Below, one piece after another: positions 43,122 through 56,691 of a DNA stretch of 64,000 nucleotides (position 1 is the stretch's first letter; each line of letters opens with the position of its first letter). The position numbers and the translations under genes are program-made. Source of the DNA: Ranitomeya imitator (Eukaryota). The notes under the pieces are model-generated. The model had not been told where the DNA came from. It saw nothing but the letters and a program-made list of their open reading frames with translations, and did no database searches. Location: the NCBI RefSeq assembly GCF_032444005.1, contig NC_091282.1, forward strand, positions 794,158,001-794,222,000. Direction: 5' to 3'.

Positions 43122-44290
43122 GCACTCACTATTATGCTGGTGCAGTCACTGTGTACATACATTACATTACTGATCCTGAGTTACATCCAGTATTATACTC
43201 CAGAGCTGCACTCACTATTCTGCTGGTGCAGTCACTGTGTACATACATTACATTACTGATCCTAAGTTACATCCTGTATTATACTCCAGAGCTGCACTCA
43301 CTATTCTGCTGGTGCAGTCACTGTGTACATACATTACATTACTGATCCTGGGTTACATCCTCTATTATACTCCAGAGCTGCACCCACTATCCTGCTGGTG
43401 CTGTCACTGTGTACATACATTACATTACTGATCCTGAGTTACATCTTGTATTATACCCCAGAGCTGCACTCACTATTCTGCTGGTGCAGTCACTGTATAC
43501 ATACATTACATTACTGATCCTGAGTTACATCCTGTATTATACTCCAGAGCTGCACCCACTATTCTGCTGGTGCAGTCACTGTGTACATACATTACATTAC
43601 TGATCCTGAGTTACATCCTGTATTATACTCCAGAGCTGCACTCACTATTCTGCTGGTGCAGTCAATGTGTACATACATTACATTACTGATCCTGAGTTAC
43701 ATCCTGTATTATACTCCAGAGCTGCACTCACTATTCTGCTGGTGCAGTCACTGTGTACATACATTACAGATCCTGAGTTACATCCTGTATTATACTCCAG
43801 AACTGCACTCACTATTCTGCTGGTGCAGTCTCTGTGTATATACATTACATTACTGATCCTGAGTTACATCCTGTATTATACTCCAGAGCTGCACTCATTA
43901 TTCTGCTGGTGCAGTCAATGTGTACATACATTACATTACTGATCCTGAGTTACATCCTGTATTATACTCCAGAGCTGCACTCATTATTCTGCTGGTGCTA
44001 TCACTGTGTACATTCATTACATGACTAATCCTGAGTTACATCCTGTACTATACGCCAGAGCTGCATTCACTATTCTGCTAGTGCAGTCACTGTGTACATA
44101 CATTACATTACTGATCCTGAGTTGCATCCTGTATTATACTCCAGAGCTGCACTCACTATTCTGCTGGTGCAGTCTCTGTGTATATACATTACATTACTGA
44201 TCCTGAGTTACATCCTGTATTATACTCCAGAGCTGCACTCACTATTCTGCTGGTGCAGTCACTGTGTACATACATTACATTACTGATCCT
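43122..44290. repeat. 86-bp satellite, right block (about 13.5 units)
   Basis: Same unit as 25745-27230; resumes in register after the hAT TSD. Confidence 0.95.
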
Positions 44291-45431
44291 GTACTGATCT
44301 AAATTCTCTCAATTATAGGGAACTCCAGTTTTCTATCCAGTGACCCTTGTTGCTAAACACTGACATTAGGACAGATTCATCCATTGAATGTAATTCCCTC
44401 AGGAACACTGGATGGTGACAGTTTCTCACAAGCCATCGTGCATCCACCCTCCACACCTATCTTCTTGCACCATAACATCTAGATTTTGAGCCCTGACGTT
44501 TTGTGCATTATGACCTTTTAGTACAAGACATTGGGTTTTCTAAATAAATATTTGATAGAGAGCATCAGGCTACAATTTACTTTCTATCTACTTATTTCTT
44601 ATCTTCAGACTTTCCAAACTGGTATTTTTCAGGCTTAAGAAATGTGAAATGAGCACTTTAATGAAAATCCTGATAAACCCAAACAGTTGCGATGGAACAA
44701 AGTTCACGGCGAGAGGTCGGAGGTGATCTCAAAACCTATTTCAGAGAAAAAGATTCTCCAGCCGCGGACCAGATTGAGGTCCAGTAACACGTAGAGCATG
44801 GATGGATGTGTTATTTGTATAAAATATAAAGGTAATTGTTTTGAACCGAGCATGAATGGTTTTTTAATATTTCTGAAAAATCTATTTAATGGCACATAGG
44901 AAAATAATCTATTTATTCATTTAGCTTGATTTAGATTTGTTGCTCAGTAGATTAAAAAGTATATATATCAGCGATTCTAAAAGAAGGAATGCTACAAAAA
45001 TATGTGCAGGTAGAGTAGAAGGGGAAAGAAAACATTTGTGCCATTGCTAATGTTTAACACAGATTTACAGCTCTTGATATTGGGGTATTTCTGGTGGAAA
45101 TCGAAGTGGAAAATTGCAAACTTCACATGACATTCCTCCTGCGCAATCTCAATGTAATAACATTTCGTGATTGAACTTGCGCTTTCAAAGTTATAATTCT
45201 AGTAAGCGACTGAAGGATTTCAATGAAGAACTGAGCGGCTCTTTTGTTTTAACTTTAGAACTAAATTCATGTTTTAAAGTGAACGACATGAAGGGTCTCG
45301 ATGAAACTCCTAAAGGCTTCTCTGAGATTATTTCAAGAATGTCTAGAAACGTAGGACATTTATCTTGGACATTTATCTTGATGAGGAAGAGGTGGAAGCA
45401 TCAATGATGTTTTTGAAAGGTTTCTCTAGGA

Positions 45432-45620
45432 CAATGTTCCCCAACTCCAGTCCTCAAGAGCCACCAACAGGTCATATTTTCAGGATTTCCTTAGTTTTGC
45501 CCAGGTGATAATTGCTTCATGTGGACAGGCAAGAATTCCATCACCTGTGCAATACTAAGGAAATCATCCTCAAAACATGACCTGTTGGTGGCTCTTGAGG
45601 ACCGGACTTGGTGAACACTG
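45432..45620. mobile_element. Short hAT-type MITE
   Basis: Palindromic, CAATGTTCCCCAACTCC...GGACTTGGTGAACACTG; 8-bp flanks CTCTAGGA and CTCTTTGA match 6/8. Confidence 0.65.
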
Positions 45621-45838
45621 CTCTTTGACTATATTGATGGAATCTGAAATACAATGGTTCAAATGTATCAAACTATAGTAACCCACTGGTTGGCTGTAGT
45701 AACCAATGTTTCAAAGGGGTTGCCCGGCACTTTGACATTGATTGCTTATTCTTTGAATAGGTAGTCAAAGGCTGATCATTGGAGGGGCGACACTTATTCC
45801 CCCCAACCGATCAGCTGTTCCCAATACTAGTAGAAAGG

Positions 45839-46619
45839 TGTAACGCCGGCATTTCTGCAAGATCCACATCCTCCTCTAAGCCAAAGGGGATGCCAACTCA
45901 CTCACTGCCCCCGCCCTCGACCCTCACTTCCTCCTGCTCCTGTGTTCTTCTGGGGTCTATCTATGTCTGGCAGATCCCCTGGCATTGCAATAAGGGTGTG
46001 AGCTGTCGGTCTCTTAGAGAGAGAGTGCACACTGTCCTAAAGTGTTCCCAGACACTGGGAGACACTTATTATTTAAGGCATCTCCACCTGTTGGGAGGTG
46101 CCTGAGCAATGTGTTCTGTTAGTTTTCTGCACGCTTGTTAGTTGACAGGTCCACTGTTCTTGTATACCTTCCTGTTCCTGCCTGCACTTTCCTGTATTCG
46201 CCTATACCTGCCTTTTCCTACCTATTTTCTACCTGTACCAGCTGTGCCCACAGCACCTCCCGTGCTTTCGTGTATTCCAGCCATGCCTTCCTCTATAACA
46301 ACCATATCTGCCTATAACAGCTGTGCTTTCATGTATAGCAGCCATGCCTGTTAGCACCAGCCATGCCTTTCTGTGTATAAGCCATACCTGTCTGTACTTG
46401 CCATGCCCACTCATTCCTGTCCGTTTCAACTTCCTACCCTTTTGGGGTCAGCTGTCGTACATCCAAGGTCTGTCCTGGAGTAGCAATTGGTGTCCAGCTG
46501 GAGTTAAGTCTAAAAACACTATCATCGGCTCTAGAGAATAGTCAGGTGTTCGCCTAGAAATGCCCCTCCAGGCTCTCCTTGGGTCACGGCACAGTAGTTC
46601 CACTACCACATGCATTACA
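45839..46619. mobile_element. Probable solo LTR
   Basis: TGTAA...TTACA termini; internal short CCAGCCATGCC repeats; TSD not convincing. Confidence 0.4.
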
Positions 46620-46622
46620 AAA

Positions 46623-46704
46623 ATAAATTTGATGAGAGTTGCATTGGTTAGAAATGGGTTGAAGAAAACCCATTCCTAACCAATGCAACTCTCATCAAAT
46701 TTAT
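46623..46704. repeat. 38-bp inverted repeat with 6-nt loop
   Basis: 46623-46660 pairs with 46667-46704, one mismatch. Confidence 0.85.
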
Positions 46705-47498
46705 TTGATGCAAATTCCCCCCTTAAAGGGGTTGTCCAATACTAGGACAATCCCTTTTTAAACTAAATGTTTGATGCTTGTAGTGAACAACCCCTTTAAT
46801 AAAAATAATTAGCTTGAATCGAATTTGGGGGAATGAATCCATGACTGCACAACTATTCTGACATGTTGCAAAAGTCCTCAAGCCATAAGGTTAACAACTG
46901 CCCCTGGTCGGCCACAATATTGATGAAAGTCCTATTGTCCAAACATCTATTCACATGTTTCAGAGAAGTCATGTTATTTAAAGAAAACCACTATTTAGCA
47001 CCTCCTCCAACCTGTCACGAAAACTTCATCCATCATCAAGTATTAGAAGACCAAGGTTGTTCCAAGAAATTATTTTTTACACTATTACTCCATCAACCTG
47101 AACTGTCGACAACAAACCACCATTAATTACTGCTGCTGGAGCTAAATTCTCACCCTCCCATCAGCATGATACCACAGAAATGTGAGTTAATTTGACGATT
47201 CATTTGAAGAATTAGTCATTGGTTTCCAAGCTCAAAAAGTTCAGCTAAGAGTTAGAAAAAAGAAGCAGTATTCTAAAAATATGTATTTAGAAAGAAAAAT
47301 ATAAATAACTTTAAGAGTAAATGAAGCAATAAAAAATATTTTATAAAAATCCACCCAAGAATTCCACACAAGTTCCTCCTATCATGTAAAAAGTAAATCT
47401 TTGGGTTATGATGACATAACAAAGTCTTGGAAAATTGATTAATTCGACGCCATTAATGGTTGGGTTCATGGGTCTATTCATCTGGAATATTGATTAAC

Positions 47499-47782
47499 CA
47501 GAAGAAATGGAGAATCCAGCTCATCGAGGTAGTGATATGATATGATGATTAAGGGTGCTTGGTCACCAGAAACGCGTTGATATTGCATTTTATTCACTGT
47601 CTACACTGATGTTTTTATCCTCTATTGAGCACATTTTCTAGTGAATAAAGAAAAGTTTTTTTCACTACCTCGTTGAGATGGATTCTCCATTTCTTCTGAT
47701 TACTACATGCCCTGACACAGCGGTTCCGTGCTCCGAGTTCCTCAGGATGTCGGCTATGGTGAGCTGGACTTTGTTCTATATC
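47499..47782 (+). mobile_element. Miniature Penelope-type hairpin insert with degenerate hammerhead
   Basis: Exact 13-bp TSD AATATTGATTAAC (47486-47498, 47783-47795); arm at about 47499-47535 inverted at 47662-47698; G-GGTG(CTTGGT)CACC-AGAAACGCGTT after the left arm; 84-bp tail. Confidence 0.7.
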
Positions 47783-48146
47783 AATATTGATTAACACATT
47801 ATTATTGAAAAGTTTTCTTTTTCAGACAAACCCTCTATTAACAGTAAACTGGTCACAAATTGACTTTTTGTGGGAACCCCAGCAGTCATCTGTAATCTGC
47901 TGGAAAACTTGGTGGAAACTGTTCCTTTTCACGTCTCTACAGGAAAAATGAAGTATTACACAGTGTCCATTCACATCAATGGGTTACCTGTGTAACGCAG
48001 GACATGAAAGGTCCTCCTCAGTCATGGACACTTTATAACTGCTCTCTGCTCTGGTGAAAAATAACAAAGATTCCCAAAGTGCTCTTTATTGGGAATTCAA
48101 AAATGGAAAACCATGGATTACAGGTGAGGACTCAGGACTCCCTTAA

Positions 48147-48581
48147 GAATGATGTCCACTACTCAGACAACCCCTTCTCAATCCCTATGTTGCCCCCCAT
48201 ATAATAATAGCATTCATACTCACCTCCAGTGCCAGTGCTGTTCCAGTGATGTCAGTGCCTGCTCTCTCAGGGCTCACATGACATTGTTTTATTACACGAT
48301 CCCTGCGGCCAATCAGCAGTTGCTTCACTGTCCCCTACTTCAGCAAAATTAGAAATCTGGAGGAAGTGACACTCCCTCCGGATGGCTGATTTGCTCGGGT
48401 GTCAGTAGGTTGAAGCCAGCGCTGACTGGTCGTATTGATCGTGTAATATAACAATTCTATGTGAACCCTGAGAGAGACGGCGCTGACTTCACTGGAACAG
48501 CATCAGAACCGGAGGTGAGTGTAAATGTTATGGGGCAAGCATAAGAATTGATAGAGGTTATCCGAGTAGTTGACCAGATCT
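48147..48581. mobile_element. TTAA-flanked (T2/Kolobok-type) MITE, diverged
   Basis: GTCCACTACTCAGACAACCCC versus GAGGTTATCCGAGTAGTTGAC; TTAA on both sides; internal CATACTCACC/GGTGAGTG symmetry. Confidence 0.5.
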
Positions 48582-51004
48582 TTAACCCCTTCATGACCCA
48601 GCCTATTTTGACCTTAATGACATGGCCATTTTTTGCTATTCTGACCAGTGTCCCTTTATGAGGTAATAACTCAGGAACGCTTCAACGGATTCTAGCGATT
48701 CTGAGATTGTTTTTTTGTAAAATATTGAGATTCATGTTAGTGGTAAATTTAGGTTGATAATTTTTGTGCTTATTTGTGAAAAAAACAGAAGTTTGGCGAA
48801 AATTTAGAAAATTTCGCAATTTTTGCAATGTTCACATTTTGAATTTTTATTCTGTTAAACCAGAGAGTTATGTGACACAAAATAAATAGTTAATAAATAA
48901 CATTTCCCACATGTCTACTTTACATCAACACAATTTTGGAAGCAAAATGTGTTTTTTGCTAGGAAGTTATAAGGGTTAAAATTTGACCAGAGATTTCTAA
49001 TTTTTACAACAAAATTTACAAAACCATTTTGTTTAGGGACCACCTTACATTTGAAGTCAGTTTGAGGGGTCTATATGGCTGAAAATGCCCAAAAGTGACA
49101 CCATTCTAAAAACTGCACCCCTCAAGGTGCTCAAAACCACATTCAAGAAGTGGATGCAGCAGAAGCAACATGGAAGGAAAAAATGAACATTTAACTTTTT
49201 AGTCCCAAAAATGATCTTTTAGCAAAACTTTTTTTATTTTCCCAAGAGTAAAAGGAGAAACTCAACCCCGAAAGTTGTTGTCCAATTTGTCCTGTGTACG
49301 CTGATACCCCATATAGGGGGGGGACCACTATTTTGGCACATGACAGGGCTCGGAATGGAAAGAGCGCCATTTGACTTTTTGAATGAAAAATTGGCTCCAA
49401 TCTTTAGCGGACACCATGTCGCGTTTGGAGAGCTCCTGTGTGCCTAAAGATTGGAGCTCCTCCACAAGTGACCCCATTTTGGAAACTAGATCCCCCCAAG
49501 GAACTTATCTAGATGCATAGTGAGCACTTTAAACTCCTAGGCGCTTCACAAATTGATCCGCAAAAATGAGAAAGTACTTTTTTTCACAAAGAAGTTCTTT
49601 TAGCCTCAATTTTTTCATTTTCACATGGGCAACAGGATAACATGGATCTTAACATTTGTTGGACAATTTCTCCTGAGTACACCGATACCTCATGTGGGGG
49701 TAAACCACTGTTTGGGCACTCGGCAAGGCTCAGAAGGTAAGGAGCGTCATTTGGCTTTTTGAAAGAAAAATTAGCTCCAATCGTTAGCGGACACCATGTC
49801 ACGTTTGGAGAGCCCCTGTGTGCCTAAACATTAAAGCTCCCCCACAAGTGACCCCATTTTGGAAACTAGACCCCCAAAGGAACTTATCTAGATGCATAGT
49901 GAGCACTTTAAACCCTCAGGTGCTTCACAAATTGCTCTGTAAAAATGAAAAAGTACTTTTGTTTCACAAAAATTTTCGTTTAGCCTCAATTATTTCACTT
50001 TCACATGGGCAACAGGATAAAATGGATCCTAACATTTGTTGGGCAATTTTTCCTGAGTACACCGATACCTCATATGTGGGGGTAACCCACTGTTTGGGTG
50101 CTCGGAAGGGAAGGAGCTCCATTTGACATTTTGAATGGAAACTTGGCTCCAATCGTTAGTGGACACCATGTCGTGTTTGGAGAGCCCCTGATGTGCCTAA
50201 ACAGCAGAAACCCCCCACAAGTGATGACATTTTGCAAACTAGACCCCCCAAGTAATGTATCTAGATGTGTGGTGAGCACTTTGAACCCCAAAGTGCTTCA
50301 CAGAAGTTTAAAACGCAGAGCCGTGAAAATAAAAAATCATTTTTCTTTCCTCAAAAATGATTATTTAGCCCGCAATTTTTTATTTTCACAAGGGTAACAG
50401 GAGAAACTGGACCCCAAAAGTTGTTTTCCAGTTTATCCCGAGTACGATGATACCCCATATGTGGGGAAAACCACTGTTTAGGCACACGTCGGGGCTCGTA
50501 AGGGAAGTAGTGACGTTTTGAAATGCAGACTTTGATGGAATGGTCGGCGGGCATCACGTTGCGTTTGCAGAGCCCCTGATGTGCCTAAACAATAGAAACC
50601 CCCCACAAGTGACCCCATTTTGGAAACTAGACCCCCCAAGGAACTTATTTAGATGTGTGGTGAGCACTTTAAACACTCAAGTGCTTCACAGAAGTTTATA
50701 ACGCAGAGCCGTGAAAATAAAAAATCATTTTTCTTTCCTCAAAATTATTTTTTTAGCCCGCAATTTTTTATTTTCACAAGGGTAACAGAAGAAATTGGAC
50801 CCCAAAAGTTGTTGTCCAGTTTGTCCTGAGTATGCTGGTAACCCATATGTGGGGGTAAACCACTGTTTGGGCACACGTCAGGGCTCGGAAGGGAGGGAGA
50901 GCCATTTGACTTTTTAAATGCAAGATTGGCTGGAATCAATGGTGGCGCCATGTCGCGCTTGGAGACCCCCTGATGTGCCTAAACAGTGGAAACCTCTCAA
51001 TTCT

Positions 51005-51722
51005 AACTCCAACACTAACCCCAACACACCCCTAACCCTAATCCCAACTCTAACCATGACCCTAATCACAACCCTAACCCCAACACACCCCTAACCACAA
51101 CCCTAACCCCAACACACCCCTAATCCCAACCCTTACCAGAACCCTAGCCCCAATACACCCCTAATCCCAACCCTAACCATAACCCTAACCACAAGCCTAA
51201 CCCTAACCCCAACACACCCTTAACCTTAACCCTAATTCCAACCCTAACCCTAATTCCAACCCTAACTCTAATTCCAACCCTAACCCTAAGGCTATGTGCC
51301 AACGTTGCGGATTTGTGTGCGGATTCTTTCCCACCATTTTTGAAAAATCTGCAGGTGAAACACACTGTGTTTTTACCTGCGGATTTACCTCGGATTTTCA
51401 GTGTTTTTTGTGCGGATTTCACCTGGGGATTCATATACAGGAACAGGTGTAAAACGCTGTGGAATCCACACAAAGAATTGACATGCTGCAGAAAATAATG
51501 AGCGGTATTTTCTGCACCATGGGCACAGCTGATTTGGTTTTCCATAGGTTTACATGTTACTGTAAATGTGATGGAAAACTGCTACGAATCCGCAGTGGCC
51601 AATCCGCTGCGGATCCGCAGCCAAATCCGCACCGTGAGCACATAGCCTAATTCTAACCCTAACCCTAATTGCAACCCTATCCTTAATTCTAACCCTAATC
51701 CAAATTCTAACCCTAACCTTAG
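51005..51722 (-). repeat. Degenerate (CCCTAA)n telomere-like tract split by a MITE
   Basis: Runs of CCCTAA, CCTAAT and CCCAAC at 51005-51289 and 51648-51722. Confidence 0.8.
51290..51647. mobile_element. Harbinger-type MITE (GGCTA family)
   Basis: GGCTATGTGC...GCACATAGCC; TSD TAA (51287-51289, 51648-51650). Confidence 0.8.
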
Positions 51723-52339
51723 TGGAAAAATTAAAATAAATATATTTTCTTTATTTTTTTATGTTCCCTACCTATGGGGGTGATAAAGGGGGGTTTATTA
51801 ATTTTTTTTATTCTGATCACAGTGATCAAAATGTACCTGGAATGAATCTGCCAGCTGTGCCCGCCATTTTGGAAGATGGCGGCACCCATAGGAGAAGATA
51901 GAGGGACACTGGGAGGGACACCAAGACTCGGTAAGTATGGGGGGTGGGATAGGACAGCGGGAGGGCAGAGGGGAGAACAAGGGGGTGGAGGGAAAGGAGG
52001 GCAGCAGAGTACAGGACAGAGGGGAGGAAAGACTGACGGCGGAGGAAGATCGCCGCCGTCAGTAGGTGGCGGGTTAGATCGGGGTCTCCAGCCATGGCCG
52101 ATGATATTGCAGCATCGGCCATGGCAGGATTGTAATATTTTACCAAGTTTCATGGGTGAAATATTACAAATTGCTCTGATTGGCTGTTGAAAGTGAAACA
52201 GCCAATCAGAGCGATCGTAGCCACGTGGGGCCAAAAGCCACTCCCCGGGCTGAAGTACCACCCCCTGTCCCTGCAGGTTGGGTGAAATTTGAGTTAACCC
52301 TTTCACCTGTTCTGCAGGAACGCAATCATTCTAAGGTTA

Positions 52340-52456
52340 GGGCGGCACGGTGGTGCAGTGGTTAGCACTGCAGCCTTGCAGCGCTGGAGTCCTGGGTTCG
52401 AACCCCACCAAGGACAACATCTGCAAAGAGTTTGTATGTTCTCTCCGTGTTTGCGT

Positions 52457-52487
<31 letters not shown>

Positions 52488-52629
52488 ACATTCCAAAGAC
52501 ATACTGATAGGGAATTTAGATTGTGAGCCCCATCGGGGACAGTGATGATAATGTGTGCAAACTGTAAAGCGCTGCGGAATATGTTAGCGCTATATAAAAA
52601 TAAAGATTATTATTATTATTATTATTATT
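52340..52629 (+). mobile_element. tRNA-derived SINE with V-type central domain and L2-derived tail
   Basis: A box TGGTGCAGTGG (52351-52361), B box GGTTCGAACC (52395-52404), central GTTTGCGTGGGTTTCCTCCGGGCACTCCGGTTTCCTCCCACA, tail AAAGCGCTGCGGAATATGTTAGCGCTAT followed by (ATT)n. Confidence 0.9.
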
Positions 52630-54161
52630 CTGTGACCCAGCATATGCATCACATGTCGGATTGGCACCAACTTTCATGACGCATACGATGTGTCACAGGT
52701 CGGGAAGGAGTTAAGTATTCTCATGATGACCCAAAGCATTATCATTCATCTTCATCTTTGAATGTCAGATGGATGCCATAGACCGGCTGAAGACCATTTT
52801 AGATCATGCTTTGAAAGTCACTAACCACAAAGATCTAGTCTAAGCTTAATTAAATTAGACAGCAAACCTGCTAAAATGCAGTGAATTCTCCATTTTGAGC
52901 CAAGAAATTTGAGTTACCTTAAATGTTTTCAATGCAGACTGAGCAAACTCAATTGCAGTCAAAAAAGTGATTTATTATGCACTGAAGTCTCCTGACCACA
53001 AATCTTGGTCAAGAATGAGATAATAAAAACAATAAAACATCATACTCACCTCATCCCTTCCATGTCCTCACCACCGCAGCTCCCTGTAGGACCTCTACTG
53101 GCTTCCAAAGCCCCCCCGCTCAGCACTGGTAACAGTCTCCTCCTCATGCTTAAGTCATGACATCACAATATGGGTCCTCATGCAGCGCACATCATGATGT
53201 CAGAAGTTGTGTCAAGATCTTGCCAGTACCAGCAAAGAGCAAAAATAGACTGGTACCGGATTAGGTACCTAAGGAACTTTAGGTCTGGTGGGGAGCTGCG
53301 GTGGCAGAGACAGAGGTATGTAATATTTTTTGTGTTTTTGTCCTTTTTCTCACCATTTTGTTGAATTGTACTCCTAAAACTTTGCAAAAGTCCAAACTCT
53401 GCAATAATTTGTTTGTTTTTTTTAATTGATTTGTTCGTCCTTAATCTTAGACTTGGTGATGCGTAAAATGTGAGCCATGAGCATCAAATGAAAATTATCA
53501 TTTTTTCCCCTGGAGTGATGGTGGTGCAATCCTTCGCTTCATGCAAATGCGTAAAATATTCAACGTTTGTCAGTTCCCGCACTGAATGCAGCTGATGACC
53601 TCCAATGTCGTTGTAATGAAGAAATCGTGAGACGTGTTACGGAGAAGCCAGTTACTGTATGATAATTTGTGTATCCTTAGATTTCACTACCCGGAAAAGG
53701 TTAAGCTATTAATTTTATAATACATTCTAATGGTGCAGAATCATTATATTGCAATTCCGGACGAGTAATGAGTATTAACTGCTCAGGTTTTTCCTGAATG
53801 ATGAGTGTGCTGCCTTCCAAGGACTTCGAGCCTGCTCTGTGCAACTTACCGGGAGTCAACTCATTTTTCTTGATCAGTAACAGCAGGTGCTATTGTTTCC
53901 GAGGCTGCCGGAGAAAAGCAACTTGTTCTCATTTTGCTAAGGGTGTGGTTGATTGAATGACTTATTTCTGTGCCGCAATGGAGGAATAGGATCATAAAAA
54001 TGCACATCAAATCTGTGGGATCCAAACAAGAATTGACAGAGTAGCAGAGGGAAAAAAAGAGCAGTTTCTGAAACTCTGAAAAATGTTTGGTGTTCTGATC
54101 TCGATTAGAAATATGAGGCATTGTGTCCAGAGTAATATGGCCTGGAAAATATAGATATATG

Positions 54162-55708
54162 CAGGTGCTTCTCATAAAATTAGAATATTAGTTAATTTAA
54201 TTCAGTTCTTCAATACAAAAAGTGAAACTCATATTTTAGATAGAGTCATTACAAACAGAGTGATCAATTTCAACTGTTTATTTCTGTTAATGTTGATGAT
54301 TATGGCATACAGCCAATGAAAACCCAAAAGTCATTATCTCAGTAAATTAGAATACATTATAACACCAGCTTGAAAAATGATTTTAAAATCCAAAATGTTG
54401 TCCTACTGAAATGTATGTTCAGTAAATGCACTCAACACTTGGTCTGGTCTCCTTTTGCATCAATTACTGCATCAATACGGCGTGGCATGGAGGCGCTCAG
54501 CCTGTGGCACTGCTGAGGTGTTATGGAAGCCCAAGTTGCTTTGATAGCAGCATTCAGCTCGTCTGCATTGTTGGGTCTGGTGTCTCTCATCTTCCTCTTG
54601 ACAATACCCCATAGATTCTCTATGGGGTTAAGGTCAGGCGAGTTTGCTGGCCAATCAAGCACAGTGATAATGTTGTTTGTAAACCAGGTATTGGTACTTT
54701 TGGCAGTGTGGACAGGCGCCAAGTCCTGCTGTAGAATGAAATTTCCCTCTCCAAAAAGCTTGTCGGCAAAGGGAAGCATGAAGTGCTCTAAAATTTCTTG
54801 GTAGACAGCTGCGCTGACTTTGTTCTTGATAAAACACAGTGGACCTACACCAGCAGATGACATGGCTCACCAAAACATCACCGATTGTGGAAACTTCTCA
54901 CTAGATCTCAATCAGCTTGGATTCTGACTTATTCACTCTTCCTCCAGACTCTGGGACCTTGATTTCCAAATGAAATGTAAAATTTACTTTCAGCTGAAAA
55001 CAACACCTTGGACCACTGAGCAACAGTCCAGTTCTTTATTCTCCTTGGCCCAGGTAAGGCGCTTCTGGCGTTGCCTATTGGTCATGAGTGGCTTGACACA
55101 AGGAATGCGACACTTGTAGCCCTTGTCCTGGATACGCCTGTGTGTGCTGGCTCTTGAAGCAATGACTCCAGCAGCAGTCCACTCCTTGTGAATCTCCCCA
55201 AAAGATTTTAATGCCCTTTCCTTAACATTACTTTCAAGGCTGCGGTTATGCCGGTTGCTTGTGCACCTTTTTCTACACACTTTTTCCTTCCACTCAACTT
55301 TCCATTAATATGCTTGGATACAGCACTCTGTGAACATCCAACTTCTTTAGCAATGACCTTTTGTGGCTTACCCTCCTTGTAGACTGTGTCAATGACTGCA
55401 TTTTGGACATCTGTCAAGTCAGCAGTCTTCCCCATGATTGTGGAGCCTACTGAAACAGACTAAGGGACTTTTTAAATGCTTTTGAAGCCTTTGCAGTTTT
55501 TTTTGTTAATTATGCTAATTTACTGAGATAATGACTTTTGGGTTTTTATTGGCTGTAAGCCATAATCATCAACATTAACAGAAATGAACGCTTGAAATAG
55601 ATCACTCTGTTTGTAATGACTCTATATAATATGAGTTTCACTTTTTGTATTGAAGAACTGAAATAAATTAACTTTTTGATGATATTCTAATTTTGTGAGA
55701 AGCACCTG
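54162..55708 (-). mobile_element. Tc1 transposon with frameshifted transposase
   Basis: TIR CAGGTGCTTCTCA(T/C)AAAATTAGAATAT; TA at 55709-55710 but TG on the left; fragments MGKTADLT (ATG 55435) and QQDLAPVH...[11 protein letters not shown]. Confidence 0.9.
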
Positions 55709-56691
55709 TATGTCCTCATTGGCTAAGGTGTGGGAGAAGACACATATATTCACCCATAATCAAAAAATAATCTACTAGAAGTGCATGGAGGAGCAAGATT
55801 TCCAGAATGTGGGTGATGTTGAGGGCTCATGCATATGGCCAGATTCTGGTATTGGCTCCAAGTTGCAAGGTGTCCTATAAAAGTATTCACTGTATGTCTT
55901 AATTGTGTCACAATATGCTACCGGTTTCACGAAGAAGCATTTAAAAGTTCTCACTGATGGAAAGTTTTGCCCTGTCCCATTGGAAGTGATATTTGGTTAA
56001 CCTTGTAGGGTGGATCTTCTAAGATCAGGTCTGGGAGGGCACAAGGATCATTGACATTGATGCAGCAGCAGAAAGTCACATATGGAGCAATGAATTGAAG
56101 CACTGTAGGCCAAAGGCAGACAGGACACAAGAAAAGCAGATAGTGGTGCACAGTAAAGCAAACAGAATAGAAAGTTTTAATACCATGACACAGGTGCGTG
56201 TCATGGTGGACCTTATTTAGACTGAGGTAGATGATCATATTCAAGCATGCCAGGACACATGAAAAACCCAGCGTGGAGCACAGCACAGGGCAGCAGCTAA
56301 AGGGGAAGGTGGTGAAGCCCTGCCGAGCTGAGGAGATGCGTAACAGGAAGCATTGCATTTATTAAAGAATTCCTCCATAATAAGTGCTGTATGGGGCCGT
56401 GAGTATGAGCCTAATTGGTAAACAGCTGATCATTTTTTTGTGGTGTGGTCTTAGTATAAGGGAGGACTACTGCCAGTTTTCTGGTAAAAAGAAGAGTCAC
56501 AAATTTTGGTCTCCTTCCGTTTTCAACAACTATTTGCAAGTTTTTTTTGTCAGGCCTTAGTAAGAAGGTTGCAGTCCACCAAGTCTCTAACAGGTTTGGT
56601 ACAAATTATGCTCTTCTGTTGCAGAGATAAGGAAAATGACTCTTAATAACTTTGTTGCTTTTTGCATCACAGTCATGACTCTGTTGTTGGG

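Larger units (their letters stand above)
48586..52710. mobile_element. Non-autonomous piggyBac-type element, related to 37232 and in opposite orientation
   Basis: TTAA TSD (48582-48585, 52711-52714); left end homologous to the reverse complement of the right end of the 37232 element; about 380-bp tandem units at 49150-51000. Confidence 0.8.

Noticed and set aside
44290-45420. Unique sequence with short open frames as possible exons
   Set aside because: In-frame stops in all candidate exon frames; nothing recognised.
46850-47150. Possible decayed L1 endonuclease (KIISWNNLGL on the minus strand)
   Set aside because: A single short resemblance amid stops; no GDFN or SDH motif found.
52340-52415. 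Possible tRNA gene
   Set aside because: A and B boxes are present but there is no complete cloverleaf; it continues into a SINE body and tail.
55951-56358. 135-aa Cys-rich hydrophobic ORF resembling a membrane protein
   Set aside because: No GPCR or other family motif; explained as the antisense of purine-rich sequence.
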